64,000 nucleotides of DNA from a virus. Lineage: Duplodnaviria > Heunggongvirae > Uroviricota > Caudoviricetes. Shown here piece by piece: positions 1 to 9,528 of this stretch. The stretch's first letter is position 1. Each line of letters opens with the position of its first letter. Both the position numbers and the translations under genes were made by a program. The notes under the pieces were generated by a model. That model saw only the letters and a list, made by a program, of their open reading frames with translations. It ran no database searches and was not told the DNA's origin. Where the stretch lies: the IMG/VR virus record IMGVR_UViG_3300031998_000001, positions 109,064 through 173,063 of that record. One strand, 5' to 3'.

Positions 1-330
1 GAACTTGCATACTGGGAGAAGTGGCTTGAACTGACGGGGCATAAGGTAGGCGATGAGGTGAAGTGCGCGTTCAGGCACGATATGGGCGATATGCTCCATT
101 CATACACGACGGTTACTATCGGCAAGGGTGTCATAGTCAGGCGGGACGAGGGCTTGTTCGTGGAGAGCGTGCAGAAGTACCGCAAGAGCCACGAGGTAAG
201 GGTGAACCCGAAGAGCAAGGTCGATTACAGCGTACAGTGGAAGTACAGGTACGAGCACATACTTGCGCGGATTGACGAGATAGAGGACGAGTATGCGGAG
301 GAAAGGAACGACAGGATAGTGGAGAAATAA
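1..330 (+). CDS. hypothetical protein, C-terminal part (reading frame open to window edge)
   Basis: Frame 1 has no stop from position 1 to the stop at 328-330. It is co-directional with the downstream genes. Confidence 0.45.
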   Translation, partial: ELAYWEKWLELTGHKVGDEVKCAFRHDMGDMLHSYTTVTIGKGVIVRRDEGLFVESVQKYRKSHEVRVNPKSKVDYSVQWKYRYEHILARIDEIEDEYAEERNDRIVEK

Positions 331-354
331 ACAATAAACAAAAAAAAATAAAAG

Positions 355-1254
355 ATGTACATTCAGTATTCGGAACAGATAAGCAATGACGCGAAGACGG
401 TCAAGGAGAAGTTGTCCGAAGCGGACTTGGCACTTGTGATAAAGGACATAACCAAGCGTGTTGTGTTCGGGTGCGTGTGCCTTGTTTCGGAAAGGGAACT
501 CGACGGTGTTGCGGGCGACAGCCTGTGGCGCAATTCGGCAAGGGAACTCATCTCGTACGACAACATAGGCGACTATCTGGGCTACTTTGCGAAGGGCAAA
601 ATCCGTATGCTTCCGTACCTCCGCCCTATGGAGAGTATGACGGAGGACGAGAGGGCGGAAATCCGCGTACTCATTCAGGAGAACTACAAGGAGCCGTACG
701 GGGAAGTGAAGATGTCGGGGGCGGACAATTTGTTGCTTTCGGTTTCGCTTTCGACGGAGGTCGTTTCCGACTACCTCGACTCACGGCAGTTCGACTGGCG
801 CGGGCTTATACCGAAGGGGCTTGCGGTTAAAATGGACGATGAGGTCTATGACAACTACAAGAGGCTATTCAAGGCATCGTACGCAGTCGGCTCGGAGTTC
901 CTGAAGAACGGTGGTAAGGAAACGGAAGCCGACAGCAAATACACGGACACCGTGCTTCTTTTCGGGGGAATCAATCCCGATGGCAAGCCCGACTACGAGT
1001 GGGGCTGTGTGCGAGGCTGGAGGGAGGCTGGCGCAATCTGCGTGACCATTCCCGCTTGCATTGCGGAATATGCGTTCGCGAACAGGGAACGGAAGGATTT
1101 TGCGAAATTCGTTGCCGACCTGAAGGAGCATATTGATTGTGCGTACAAGTCGTTCCCTTTGGACTTGCAGACAGTACACGACATAGATGCGAGCGTAAAT
1201 GCGTATTGCAAGGTGTTCAAGGACACGGACAAGTATTTGATTGTTAAGAAATAA
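355..1254 (+). CDS. hypothetical protein (299 aa)
   Basis: ATG-initiated ORF, packed tightly against its neighbours. No motif recognised. Confidence 0.6.
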   Translation: MYIQYSEQISNDAKTVKEKLSEADLALVIKDITKRVVFGCVCLVSERELDGVAGDSLWRNSARELISYDNIGDYLGYFAKGKIRMLPYLRPMESMTEDERAEIRVLIQENYKEPYGEVKMSGADNLLLSVSLSTEVVSDYLDSRQFDWRGLIPKGLAVKMDDEVYDNYKRLFKASYAVGSEFLKNGGKETEADSKYTDTVLLFGGINPDGKPDYEWGCVRGWREAGAICVTIPACIAEYAFANRERKDFAKFVADLKEHIDCAYKSFPLDLQTVHDIDASVNAYCKVFKDTDKYLIVKK

Positions 1255-1269
1255 AAATTTATAAGATAT

Positions 1270-2679
1270 ATGAGCGATACATTTAGCAAATCAAGTGAGA
1301 TGAGTGCGGAATATTGCTGCACTATTGTAAAGATAGGGGCGTTGAAGCCGATAGAGGGTTCGGATTTCCTCGCAACTACGGAGATAAACGGGCGCACGAT
1401 AGTAGTGCGCAAAGACCAAGTGAACGAGGGCGATGTTATGTTCTATGCGTCCAACGAGTCCCAGATTGACGCGGAGTTCCTCCGTGCCAACTCATTGTTC
1501 GAGGACAGGACTATGAACGCAGACCAAGAGCACAAGGGCTACTTCAACAAGTACGGGCGTGTCCGTATGGTCAAGTTGCGCGGAGTGCTTTCGATGGGGT
1601 ACATATTCTCCCTTGAGGAACTCGAAAGGTACGACCACATCGACATTACCCAGAGTGAACTCGAACACTTTGTCGGGGTGGACTTCGACGAGGTGAACGG
1701 CAAGTTGTTCATCAAGGCTTTCGTACCGCCTATGGCGTGCAACGGACACGGGAGCAGGGGTGCTGGCGGAAAGCCGATTAAGAGGGTGAACAGGCTTATT
1801 GCTGGCGAGTTGAGGTTTCATTATGACACGAACCAGTTGGAGCGCAACCCAGAGAAGTTGCAACCGTTCGATAGTGTGGCTATTTCGGTAAAAATGCACG
1901 GAACTTCGGGAATCTTTGCTAACATACCAGTCAAAGTTCCGTTGTTCGGAGGGTGGTATGCACGCAAGTTCAACCGACTCCCGAAGTGGCTTCGCTTTAT
2001 GAAGAAGGGCTATGACACGATATATTCTTCGAGGAAGATTATCCAGAACCCGTTTGTTGACTATGACACCGAGTTCAAGGTCAAGTCGGAGTATGACGAG
2101 TGGTACTCGATACTCAACGGGTGCATACCCCGCAACATTACAATCTACGGCGAGATAGTCGGCTACAAGCCGAGCGGGAAGGCTATACAGAAGAACTTCG
2201 ACTACGGTTGCAGGCAGGGAGAATCTGCCCTTATGATATACAGGGTGAAGTACCGCGACAAGCATACATCGCGCGAGTTCAGCGTGAACGAGGTCGTTGA
2301 CTTTACCCTTGACCTCCGCGACAGGCTCGAAGCGACGAAGAGTGCGGAGGTCGCATCAAGGCTCATTGCCTTGCCAGTGCTTTTCCACGGCTCGCTCGCG
2401 GACTTCTATCCCGACATACCGAAGGACGGGAACTGGGGGGCGAATGTCCTCGAAAGGCTCAAGACGGAAAAGAAGTTCGGTATGGAGCAGAACGAGCCTC
2501 TGTGCAGGAACAAAGTTCCGCGCGAGGGCATAGTCGTCCGCATAGACGGGGACTGCATTGCCGAAGCCTTCAAGTTGAAATGCCTGAAGTTCTTGGGCAA
2601 GGAGGCGGAGATGATTGACAAGGGTGAGATAGATGATGACGAGATGCTCTCCCGCTACGGCGATGGCGGTGAAATCTGA
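1270..2679 (+). CDS. ATP-dependent RNA ligase, Rnl2/Rnl5-like nucleotidyltransferase
   Basis: Covalent nucleotidyltransferase motifs are all present and in order. Motif I is KMHGTSG (compare T4 Rnl2 KIHGTN). Motif III is IYGEIVG. Motif IV is EGIVVR. Motif V is FKLKCLK. About 200 aa of N-terminal extension precede motif I. Confidence 0.7.
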   Translation: MSDTFSKSSEMSAEYCCTIVKIGALKPIEGSDFLATTEINGRTIVVRKDQVNEGDVMFYASNESQIDAEFLRANSLFEDRTMNADQEHKGYFNKYGRVRMVKLRGVLSMGYIFSLEELERYDHIDITQSELEHFVGVDFDEVNGKLFIKAFVPPMACNGHGSRGAGGKPIKRVNRLIAGELRFHYDTNQLERNPEKLQPFDSVAISVKMHGTSGIFANIPVKVPLFGGWYARKFNRLPKWLRFMKKGYDTIYSSRKIIQNPFVDYDTEFKVKSEYDEWYSILNGCIPRNITIYGEIVGYKPSGKAIQKNFDYGCRQGESALMIYRVKYRDKHTSREFSVNEVVDFTLDLRDRLEATKSAEVASRLIALPVLFHGSLADFYPDIPKDGNWGANVLERLKTEKKFGMEQNEPLCRNKVPREGIVVRIDGDCIAEAFKLKCLKFLGKEAEMIDKGEIDDDEMLSRYGDGGEI

Positions 2680-2708
2680 CATATCTTTTATTGCTTGTTG
2701 TTATTTTT

Positions 2709-2742
2709 CGGCGGGGCTGCCTTCTGGTTGCCCCGCCTTTCG
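2709..2742 (+). terminator. rho-independent terminator
   Basis: GC stem GGCGGGGC...GCCCCGCC followed by TTTCGC, right after the ligase stop. Confidence 0.55.
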
Positions 2743-2784
2743 CTATATATAAATAATTTATAATAGCATATTTCTAACGGCATT

Positions 2785-3495
2785 ATGAAGGTACTTGTTC
2801 TACTTGACAACGGACACGGGATAGACACTGCGGGGAAGAGAAGCCCGAAGTTGCCAGACGGCAGGCAGTTGCTCGAATACAAGTGGTGTCGGGAAACCGT
2901 AGCCCTTATAGCGAAACGGCTCGAAGTACTCGGCATAGAGTATAGGCTCGTAGCACCAGAGGAAAAGGACACCCCCCTCTCGACAAGGGTTTCGAGGGCG
3001 AACAAGTATTATGCCGATGCGAAGAAGGATGGCAAACTCGTTATGTTCATTTCAGTCCACGTGAACGCGAAGGGAATGGGGAACTGGGAGAATGCGCGGG
3101 GCTGGTCAACTTGGACTTCAAAGGGGGTTACGAAGGGCGATGCCCTTGCCCAGTGCCTCTGCGACGAGGCGAAGGAAATACTCCCGAAGCACAACCTCCG
3201 CTTCCGTAGCGACCGCTCGGACGGTGACGATGACTACGAGGCTAACTACTATGTCCTCGTCAATACGAATATGCCAGCCACATTGAGCGAGAACTTCTTT
3301 ATGGACAACAGGGAGGACTGCGAGTTCCTGCTCGACAGGAAGAGCAACGAACTCTGCGCCGACATACACACGGGGGGCATAGTCAGGTACATAAGGAAGT
3401 GCGGTTACTGGCAGGAGGGGGCGACAGAGGCGAGCGGGAGCACCCTTGTTATGAACACCCTCGAAGGCATATTCCACAAGTGCAGGCTCGTGTAG
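2785..3495 (+). CDS. N-acetylmuramoyl-L-alanine amidase (Amidase_3 family, endolysin-type)
   Basis: Amidase_3 signatures: LDNGHGIDTAG, FISVHVNA, ENFFMDNREDCEF. Confidence 0.75.
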   Translation: MKVLVLLDNGHGIDTAGKRSPKLPDGRQLLEYKWCRETVALIAKRLEVLGIEYRLVAPEEKDTPLSTRVSRANKYYADAKKDGKLVMFISVHVNAKGMGNWENARGWSTWTSKGVTKGDALAQCLCDEAKEILPKHNLRFRSDRSDGDDDYEANYYVLVNTNMPATLSENFFMDNREDCEFLLDRKSNELCADIHTGGIVRYIRKCGYWQEGATEASGSTLVMNTLEGIFHKCRLV

Positions 3496-3566
3496 GGGGC
3501 TGAAGCCCCAGAGAGAAGGCTATCGGGGGACACTCCGAAACGCCATCATAATATATCGTTATTGCT

Positions 3567-3740
3567 ATGGCGACATTCCAAGAAGTGTTTGACGAGATGC
3601 TCGCACGGCTTGAAAAGGCTGACGCGGAGATAAAGGAGAAAGACCTGATAATACACGACCTCGAATGCCGTGTAGCCGACTTGGAGAAACGGCTTGGGCG
3701 CATAACGAAGAAGAAACCGAAGAAGAAATCCGAAATTTAG
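3567..3740 (+). CDS. small coiled-coil protein with basic tail (57 aa)
   Basis: ATG ORF verified codon by codon. It is below the 60-aa track cutoff and sits in an otherwise empty 280-bp gap. Heptad-like pattern (LEKADAEIKEKDL...LEKRL) followed by KKKPKKK. Confidence 0.35.
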   Translation: MATFQEVFDEMLARLEKADAEIKEKDLIIHDLECRVADLEKRLGRITKKKPKKKSEI

Positions 3741-3778
3741 GATACGGACTTGCCCTTCGGTCTTGTGTTAGGCACACA

Positions 3779-5038
3779 TTAAAAGATTTTCTCGATTTCC
3801 TCTATGTATTTTCTACCGAACAGCGTATCGACAATCTTCCTTGCGAACGCCTCCTGCCTCTTGTCAACATCTGGTCTGTCGAGTTCTTTGTCTGAAATGT
3901 AATAGTTGATGCAAACTTCGACATCCCCGTCCAGATGCTTCCAATTTTCTTCGTCCATATATTGAACTGCAAACTCCACATTGCCTGCTCTGGTTCTTTC
4001 TTTTGAATACGGCTCAAACCTGCCCCTCTTCCAAACCGTGCCCCACGAGCATTCGTATCCGTTGCGCTTGAAATCCTCTTCATATGTATCTTCCATATCA
4101 TCTTGCCCTATTACCTCTACATCAAAATACTCACTCATAATTTTTCCAACGTAGATGCACATATCGTAAGGGTGTACACAAAACGGATAGCATACACCGT
4201 TGTCTTTGTATTCGTCATATAGGGGGGAACGCCCTCTATCTAAATTTGGTAGTGCGCGATACCCAAATTGCTTCAAAGCATTGTTAAATTTTCTTATGGT
4301 ATTTTCACCTGAAAATGATTTGTATTTTTCAACACCGTCCCAGTCGGTATTGTAGAAGTCAAAGTGCTTTTCCCACAACGGATAGAGGAAAGCGTCGATG
4401 TCTATGTGTATTGTTATTTTGTTTTCCTTTTCGGAGTGCGGGTCATACACCCGTTCAACATCCCAGTCGTTGACGATGCCTTGCTTGCGGTATTTGTCTG
4501 GCGCATTTGTAATGCCCCGTTCCAGTTTGTCCGACATAATCTTCCTGACATACCTGCTTCCGTCCCCATTGTAGAGTTTACCGTCCTTGCCGAGCAGGAG
4601 TTTGCTCCCGTCAACAACCACGCTTGCTATGATTGTGACACTCGACCTTGTGTCTGGTGTCTTGATTAGGTACGGGGTGAGGGGTGTCAAGTCAACCACC
4701 TCTACGCCTTTCGGCAATATAGCACCGTCAAGCATATCGCTCTGTACTTTGGCGCACGCCTCAAAGTCCTTTACACCAGAATATGTTACTGTGTGCTCGT
4801 GGTCTTTTCTGTCTTTCGATACAGCCTTTATACCAGCGTTCTTGTCCTTTGTGATTTCCTCGAACCAGATGTCGCTTATCAGGTTTCCGTTCCTGTCGGT
4901 CAGGTTGTAAAGCCCGTTCCTGTTCTTCACAATAAAATATGTCGAATCAAATATGTCGAACTCTTCATAGTCCTTGAACATATTTGGTCTCACCGCCATT
5001 TCATTGATAAATTCTTCAACTTTCAATATGCGTATCAT
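3779..5038 (-). CDS. hypothetical protein (about 419 aa), opposite orientation to flanking genes
   Basis: Long minus-strand ORF. The track start at 5044 is TTG; the first ATG is at 5038. No motif recognised. Confidence 0.55.
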   Translation of the reverse strand: MIRILKVEEFINEMAVRPNMFKDYEEFDIFDSTYFIVKNRNGLYNLTDRNGNLISDIWFEEITKDKNAGIKAVSKDRKDHEHTVTYSGVKDFEACAKVQSDMLDGAILPKGVEVVDLTPLTPYLIKTPDTRSSVTIIASVVVDGSKLLLGKDGKLYNGDGSRYVRKIMSDKLERGITNAPDKYRKQGIVNDWDVERVYDPHSEKENKITIHIDIDAFLYPLWEKHFDFYNTDWDGVEKYKSFSGENTIRKFNNALKQFGYRALPNLDRGRSPLYDEYKDNGVCYPFCVHPYDMCIYVGKIMSEYFDVEVIGQDDMEDTYEEDFKRNGYECSWGTVWKRGRFEPYSKERTRAGNVEFAVQYMDEENWKHLDGDVEVCINYYISDKELDRPDVDKRQEAFARKIVDTLFGRKYIEEIEKIF

Positions 5039-5126
5039 AATCAATATAGTTTATATGCTATCTTATTTATATTCTATGCTGGGCTTAAATATATAAATAA
5101 GTTGATTACAAATTATTTACATTCTT

Positions 5127-7508
5127 ATGGGAGAGAAAGAACAGGCTAACACGACCGTCTGGTCGTCGAAGTCGGTGGCGAAATATACCGATGACATAGA
5201 CTCTGGCGTTGAGCGCAAGGGAGAGTCCCCGTTCTTTATGGGCAACAAGAAGTATCGCAAGGCAAATCTATTGTTTGAATATACGCAGGAGGAGGTTGCC
5301 GAACTGCTCAAGTGCAAGAATGATGTCCGTTACTTCGCCAACCACTATGCGTGGGTCAAGAACGCTGCCGAGGGTGGTGCCGTCGCGCAGATAACATTGA
5401 GGGACTATCAGGAGGATGTCCTCAATGTCATTGATGAAAACAGGTTCTCAATTATTCTCGCAAGTAGGCAGTCGGGGAAATGCTCGATACATTCGACTAT
5501 AATTGATACGGAGAACGGCGAGAAACGGGCGATTGGCGAATTGTTCGATGACGGTGATACATTCCTGTCAAGGGTTAAACGCTTCTTATATAAGTTGCAC
5601 GGCATACGCTTCATCAAAAATATCACAGGGCATTTGATACAGTTCATTGAACACATCGAGAACAGGGGCAAGGCGGTTTATGACGGCAAGTTCATTGATG
5701 AGCAGGACATATCGCTTATGGTGAAAAGTGATACGGGGTTCGTGCCCGCCACGAAGGTATATAAGACAAAGCCGTACAATGTGTACGAGGTCTTTTTTAC
5801 GGACGGCACTAAAATAGAGTGTGCGGACACCCATATATTCTTTACAGGTGAACTTGCGGAGGTATTCTGCAAGGACTTGAAGTCAGGCGACCGCTTGTTC
5901 GGGGACGGGTGCATAAAGACCGTAAAGAGTGTCAGACGACATAACTACAAGTTCTGTATGTACGATGTGTCAGTTGACGATGACACGCACAGGTACTATA
6001 CCAACGGGGTGCTGTCCCATAACACTATCAGTTCTTCGATATACTTGGCTTGGTATCTCCTGTTCAACTATGACAAGAATGTCTTTCTTACCGCGAACAA
6101 GGAGCGCACCGCCCGCGATGTGCTGTCGAAAGTTCAGGAGATAATAGAGAATGTGCCGTTCTTTATGAAACCGGGCATATTGAAGTGGGGTGCGCTCGAC
6201 CTGAAGTTCGACAACGGTTGCAAGTGCATTGCCGAATCGACAACGCCCCGCTCTGGTATCGGCTTCACAATCAACCTGCTCTACTTGGACGAGTTCGCCC
6301 ACGTCGAGAAAGGCATCATAGACGAGTTCTACTCCAACATTATGCCTACCGTAACATCACTCCCAGACAGCAAGATTATCATCACTTCGACACCGAACGG
6401 AATGAACCTGTTTTATGAAATCTACTCGGCTGCGGAGAAGGGGCTTAACGGCTTCAAGCCGTACAGGATAGACTGGTGGCAAGTTCCCGACTGGGACAAG
6501 AACCAGCGCAAGTGGGTGAAGCGAGACGAGGAGTGGATGGAAAGGACGATAGCGATACTCGGAGGCGAGGACAGGGAACTCGGTCTTGAACGCTTCGGTG
6601 CGCAGTACGGCAACTCGTTCTTGGCTACGGGCAACCTGCTCATATCCCCGAACGGCTTGAAGCGTATGGAGGAGAGCAAGGTGCAGTTCGTTCAGGACGA
6701 GAGCGACATATTCGACAGGTACGAGATAGAGGAGGCGAAGTACCTGCGGTGGCATCCAGATATTGATGTGCCGTCGCTGAAAACCAACACGAAGGACTTT
6801 TTCCTCATAAGCGTTGACCTCTCGGAAGGCAACGGGGGCGACTTCCTCGTGTCGGACATTTTCCGCGCTGGGGTTATGTCCCGCGAGGATGTTGAGGCAT
6901 TGCACACCCCGAACAAGATTTCCGACTATGTGTGCTTGGAGCAGGTCGGGGTATGGGCGCACAACTATATGTCCCTGAAGAACTTTGCGAAGTTCCTCTA
7001 TGTGCTGACGCACAAGTTGATGAACCCAGAGAATTTGAAGATAATCCTCGAATGGAACGCATTTGGCGGGGAGGTTATGTCGGAACTCGGATATGTGTTC
7101 GGGGACAGGAACGACTTCTCGAAGGATGTCATACTCAAATTCAAGCACAGCATAGACAGCGACATATACAAGTACGGCTTGAAGGTCAATGCCGAGAACA
7201 AGAAGATACACTGCCAGATGATGCGCACCAACACGGCTTGCGGGCGTATGATAGTCCACGACATACCGACCATAAAGGAGTTCAACCTGTTCGGGCTACG
7301 GAAGAACAGTTATGCCGCCATAACGGGGCACGACGACTTGGCGATGACCTGCGTGAACGCAAACGCCTTCTTCGAGACGAGGGCTTTCGGGTGGATTTCC
7401 GACAATGTGATTGCGGAGAGCGGGCGTATGCAGGAACTGCTCGATGCGATGAAGGTCAACGGTGACCCCGATGTCGAGTACGGGAGCATATATTCGGCGG
7501 CATTCTGA
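5127..7508 (+). CDS. terL: terminase large subunit, intein-containing
   Basis: Walker A ASRQSGK|T is interrupted by an intein. Walker B-like LLYLDEFAHV is present. The C-terminal nuclease-like half is present. The size fits once the intein is removed. Confidence 0.85.
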   Translation: MGEKEQANTTVWSSKSVAKYTDDIDSGVERKGESPFFMGNKKYRKANLLFEYTQEEVAELLKCKNDVRYFANHYAWVKNAAEGGAVAQITLRDYQEDVLNVIDENRFSIILASRQSGKCSIHSTIIDTENGEKRAIGELFDDGDTFLSRVKRFLYKLHGIRFIKNITGHLIQFIEHIENRGKAVYDGKFIDEQDISLMVKSDTGFVPATKVYKTKPYNVYEVFFTDGTKIECADTHIFFTGELAEVFCKDLKSGDRLFGDGCIKTVKSVRRHNYKFCMYDVSVDDDTHRYYTNGVLSHNTISSSIYLAWYLLFNYDKNVFLTANKERTARDVLSKVQEIIENVPFFMKPGILKWGALDLKFDNGCKCIAESTTPRSGIGFTINLLYLDEFAHVEKGIIDEFYSNIMPTVTSLPDSKIIITSTPNGMNLFYEIYSAAEKGLNGFKPYRIDWWQVPDWDKNQRKWVKRDEEWMERTIAILGGEDRELGLERFGAQYGNSFLATGNLLISPNGLKRMEESKVQFVQDESDIFDRYEIEEAKYLRWHPDIDVPSLKTNTKDFFLISVDLSEGNGGDFLVSDIFRAGVMSREDVEALHTPNKISDYVCLEQVGVWAHNYMSLKNFAKFLYVLTHKLMNPENLKIILEWNAFGGEVMSELGYVFGDRNDFSKDVILKFKHSIDSDIYKYGLKVNAENKKIHCQMMRTNTACGRMIVHDIPTIKEFNLFGLRKNSYAAITGHDDLAMTCVNANAFFETRAFGWISDNVIAESGRMQELLDAMKVNGDPDVEYGSIYSAAF
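5481..6023 (+). other. mini-intein (181 aa, Hint domain, no homing-endonuclease domain) inside terL P-loop
   Basis: Starts with Cys immediately after the Walker A lysine (CSIHSTIIDT, block A). Block B is ECADTHIFFT. Blocks F/G are MYDVSVDDDTHRYYTNGVLSHN followed by the extein Thr. Confidence 0.8.
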
Positions 7509-7702
7509 CAGGCATTATAAATAGGTTATATATAGCATATTTGTTGCGGAACAAACTCTTAAAAACAACTTGGCAACGGGGCATACGAACCAAAGAAGAT
7601 GTCGAAGGACAGGGTGAAGGAAGTTCTGTTGTCGTATCGTACAGACAACCAAACGGTTGGAGAGAATGTATGAAAATAGTTCACTTTCTTCTAAATAATA
7701 AA

Positions 7703-7740
7703 TCCCGCCATAATGACGGGCTTTGCTTTTTCATATTTTT
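7703..7740 (+). terminator. weak terminator candidate
   Basis: Short stem CCCG...CGGG followed by a T-rich run (CTTTGCTTTTTCATATTTTT). Confidence 0.3.
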
Positions 7741-7796
7741 TCTGAAATCATTATTTATTAACTATATATTAGTTATGGAAAGAAAAACATAACACT
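7735..7796 (+). promoter_or_regulatory. conserved promoter/5'-UTR cassette, copy a
   Basis: TTTTCTGAAAT-N-CTATATATTAG...GGAAAG..ACA ending at the ATG of 7797. See the cassette finding for consensus. Confidence 0.55.
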
Positions 7797-8207
7797 ATGG
7801 ATAACAACAGCAACAGCAGAGAGAGATTTGGGGTGGCACTTGTAAAGTACGCCTGCCCGATTTGCGGAAAGGTCAACGAGGACGCAACCGCAGTAGCAGT
7901 GAACAGAAGGTTGACGAAGCCCTGCGCGGACAAGGTTCGTGAACTCAACGGACAATGCGTGGGCTTTTCGGAGAAGCCCTGCAAGGAGTGCCAGTCCTAT
8001 ATAGACAAGGGCGCATTCTTCATCATAGGCGTTGACGGGGAGAAGTCAACCGATATGCGCAACCCGTACCGTTCGGGACACCTTGTGGGCATAAGCAAGA
8101 AGTCCGACTTCTATGCCAGCCTGCCAGAAGAATACAAGAGGAAGCCAGCGGTGTTTATGGACTACCGCGAGATGATGGCTTTGAAAATGATAGCCGAAAA
8201 CAAGTAA
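7797..8207 (+). CDS. hypothetical Cys-rich protein (CPICG...CKEC)
   Basis: ORF directly after the cassette. Zinc-ribbon-like Cys pairs. Confidence 0.55.
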   Translation: MDNNSNSRERFGVALVKYACPICGKVNEDATAVAVNRRLTKPCADKVRELNGQCVGFSEKPCKECQSYIDKGAFFIIGVDGEKSTDMRNPYRSGHLVGISKKSDFYASLPEEYKRKPAVFMDYREMMALKMIAENK

Positions 8208-8211
8208 GCAT

Positions 8212-9090
8212 ATGGAGAAGCAACAGAGACCAGTCAGGCACTTCGAGTGGAACGACCTGATACTTACCGCAAAGGGCTGGTATGAATCGACTGACAGCCT
8301 TGCGCTCGACTTTGCATACGGCATTTCCGCCAACACGAACCGAAGCATTGTCACTTGGGACAGCGACGAGAGGATAGCGGGGATACTTATGAACTGCGTT
8401 ATGCCGACGATATGGAAACTTCTCACGGAGAATGAGTTGAAAAGTCCGTGCTGGCTCTACCGTGCAGACGACTTCTATCGGATTGTCGCGGACAATATGA
8501 GACTCTACAAGTGCGACTTCAACCACGCGGTGCTGCTCGCAGTCCACAATGTCCTGTGCAACTGCATAACGAGGGAGCATATCATACTCGACAAGCCTGT
8601 TTACAAGAGGGGTGGCAGAAGGCTGGGAAGCATTTTCCACAAGTACCCGAAGTCAATGACATACAAGCAGATGAACAGGATTGCGGAAAAGCATTTCGGA
8701 CGCGGGGACGAAGCCGAAGGCACGGAAAGGAAGGTGCGCTTCTTTACCCGTGACGGGAGGTGGTATGCCGATGTGAATGGCAGGACGCTTGAGGAGAACG
8801 AAATGGTTATGGGTGCGGACACGCTTCTCGGCTGTATTGCGGACGGGCGAAGCGAAATCACGCTTACTCTCGAAACGGAAGAGCCGAAACGCCACCTGCT
8901 TCACCTGCATATGGCATCGCACGATGGTGAGGGGGCGACATACGCCCCGACTGGAAGCCTGTATAACTCGCTTGCCGACAAGATGGCTGGCGGGGAGATA
9001 CAGCCGTTCTCGGAAGTCTGGCTGTGCAATGTGGTTCACGACATATTCGGAGACCACCCGAAGGACATATATGTAACGAAGATAGAATAG
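8212..9090 (+). CDS. hypothetical protein (292 aa)
   Basis: Tightly packed ORF. Confidence 0.55.
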   Translation: MEKQQRPVRHFEWNDLILTAKGWYESTDSLALDFAYGISANTNRSIVTWDSDERIAGILMNCVMPTIWKLLTENELKSPCWLYRADDFYRIVADNMRLYKCDFNHAVLLAVHNVLCNCITREHIILDKPVYKRGGRRLGSIFHKYPKSMTYKQMNRIAEKHFGRGDEAEGTERKVRFFTRDGRWYADVNGRTLEENEMVMGADTLLGCIADGRSEITLTLETEEPKRHLLHLHMASHDGEGATYAPTGSLYNSLADKMAGGEIQPFSEVWLCNVVHDIFGDHPKDIYVTKIE

Positions 9091-9097
9091 AGGAACT

Positions 9098-9523
9098 ATG
9101 ATAACGATAGAATACAACGAGAGGAAATCCACCGTGAAGGTGGTCGGGGAAGCGGGCGAGATGTACTCGTTCTCCAGAGTGAAGGTAAGCGATGAGACGC
9201 ACTATTACAGGCTCTACTACATCGGGAAGGACGGCAACCTTATGAGGTGCATAGCCAGATACCCGAAGGACGCGACCGCAGTCGTGTACTGCGATGTCGA
9301 TGTTACGGTGGAAGTTTCCCCGAACGGAGGCGGGACGGCAACTGGCGGAGGCTTCTACCCCTGCGGTGCGGGCGTGGTGCTCTCGGCAAAGGCTCGCGAG
9401 AACTATGCGTTCAGGAGGTGGGCGGACAGGGACGGCAAGACCATAGGCACTGTGCCGAATATGACGCTGGTCGCCGACACCGACACCTATGCCTGTGCGG
9501 AGTTTGTTTCTGAAAAGCAGTAG
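9098..9523 (+). CDS. InlB B-repeat-like (Bacteroidetes Ig-like repeat) domain protein
   Basis: The C-terminal half is NGGGTATGGGFYPCGAGVVLSAKARENYAFRRWADRDG...MTLVADTDTYACAEF. This fits the GGxVxGxGxY...VxLxAxP..GYxFxxW...TAxF repeat signature. Confidence 0.5.
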   Translation: MITIEYNERKSTVKVVGEAGEMYSFSRVKVSDETHYYRLYYIGKDGNLMRCIARYPKDATAVVYCDVDVTVEVSPNGGGTATGGGFYPCGAGVVLSAKARENYAFRRWADRDGKTIGTVPNMTLVADTDTYACAEFVSEKQ

Positions 9524-9528
9524 GCGGT

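Noticed and set aside
6357-7259. Long antisense ORFs in the track (for example 6357-7259 minus strand; 14421-15026 minus; 16821-17798 minus; 20714-21463 minus; 45006-46400 minus; 1492-2265 minus)
   Set aside because: They lie entirely inside well-supported + strand genes (terL, paralogue families, Thg1-like and others) and have Arg/Leu/Val-rich shadow-frame composition. They are treated as non-coding.
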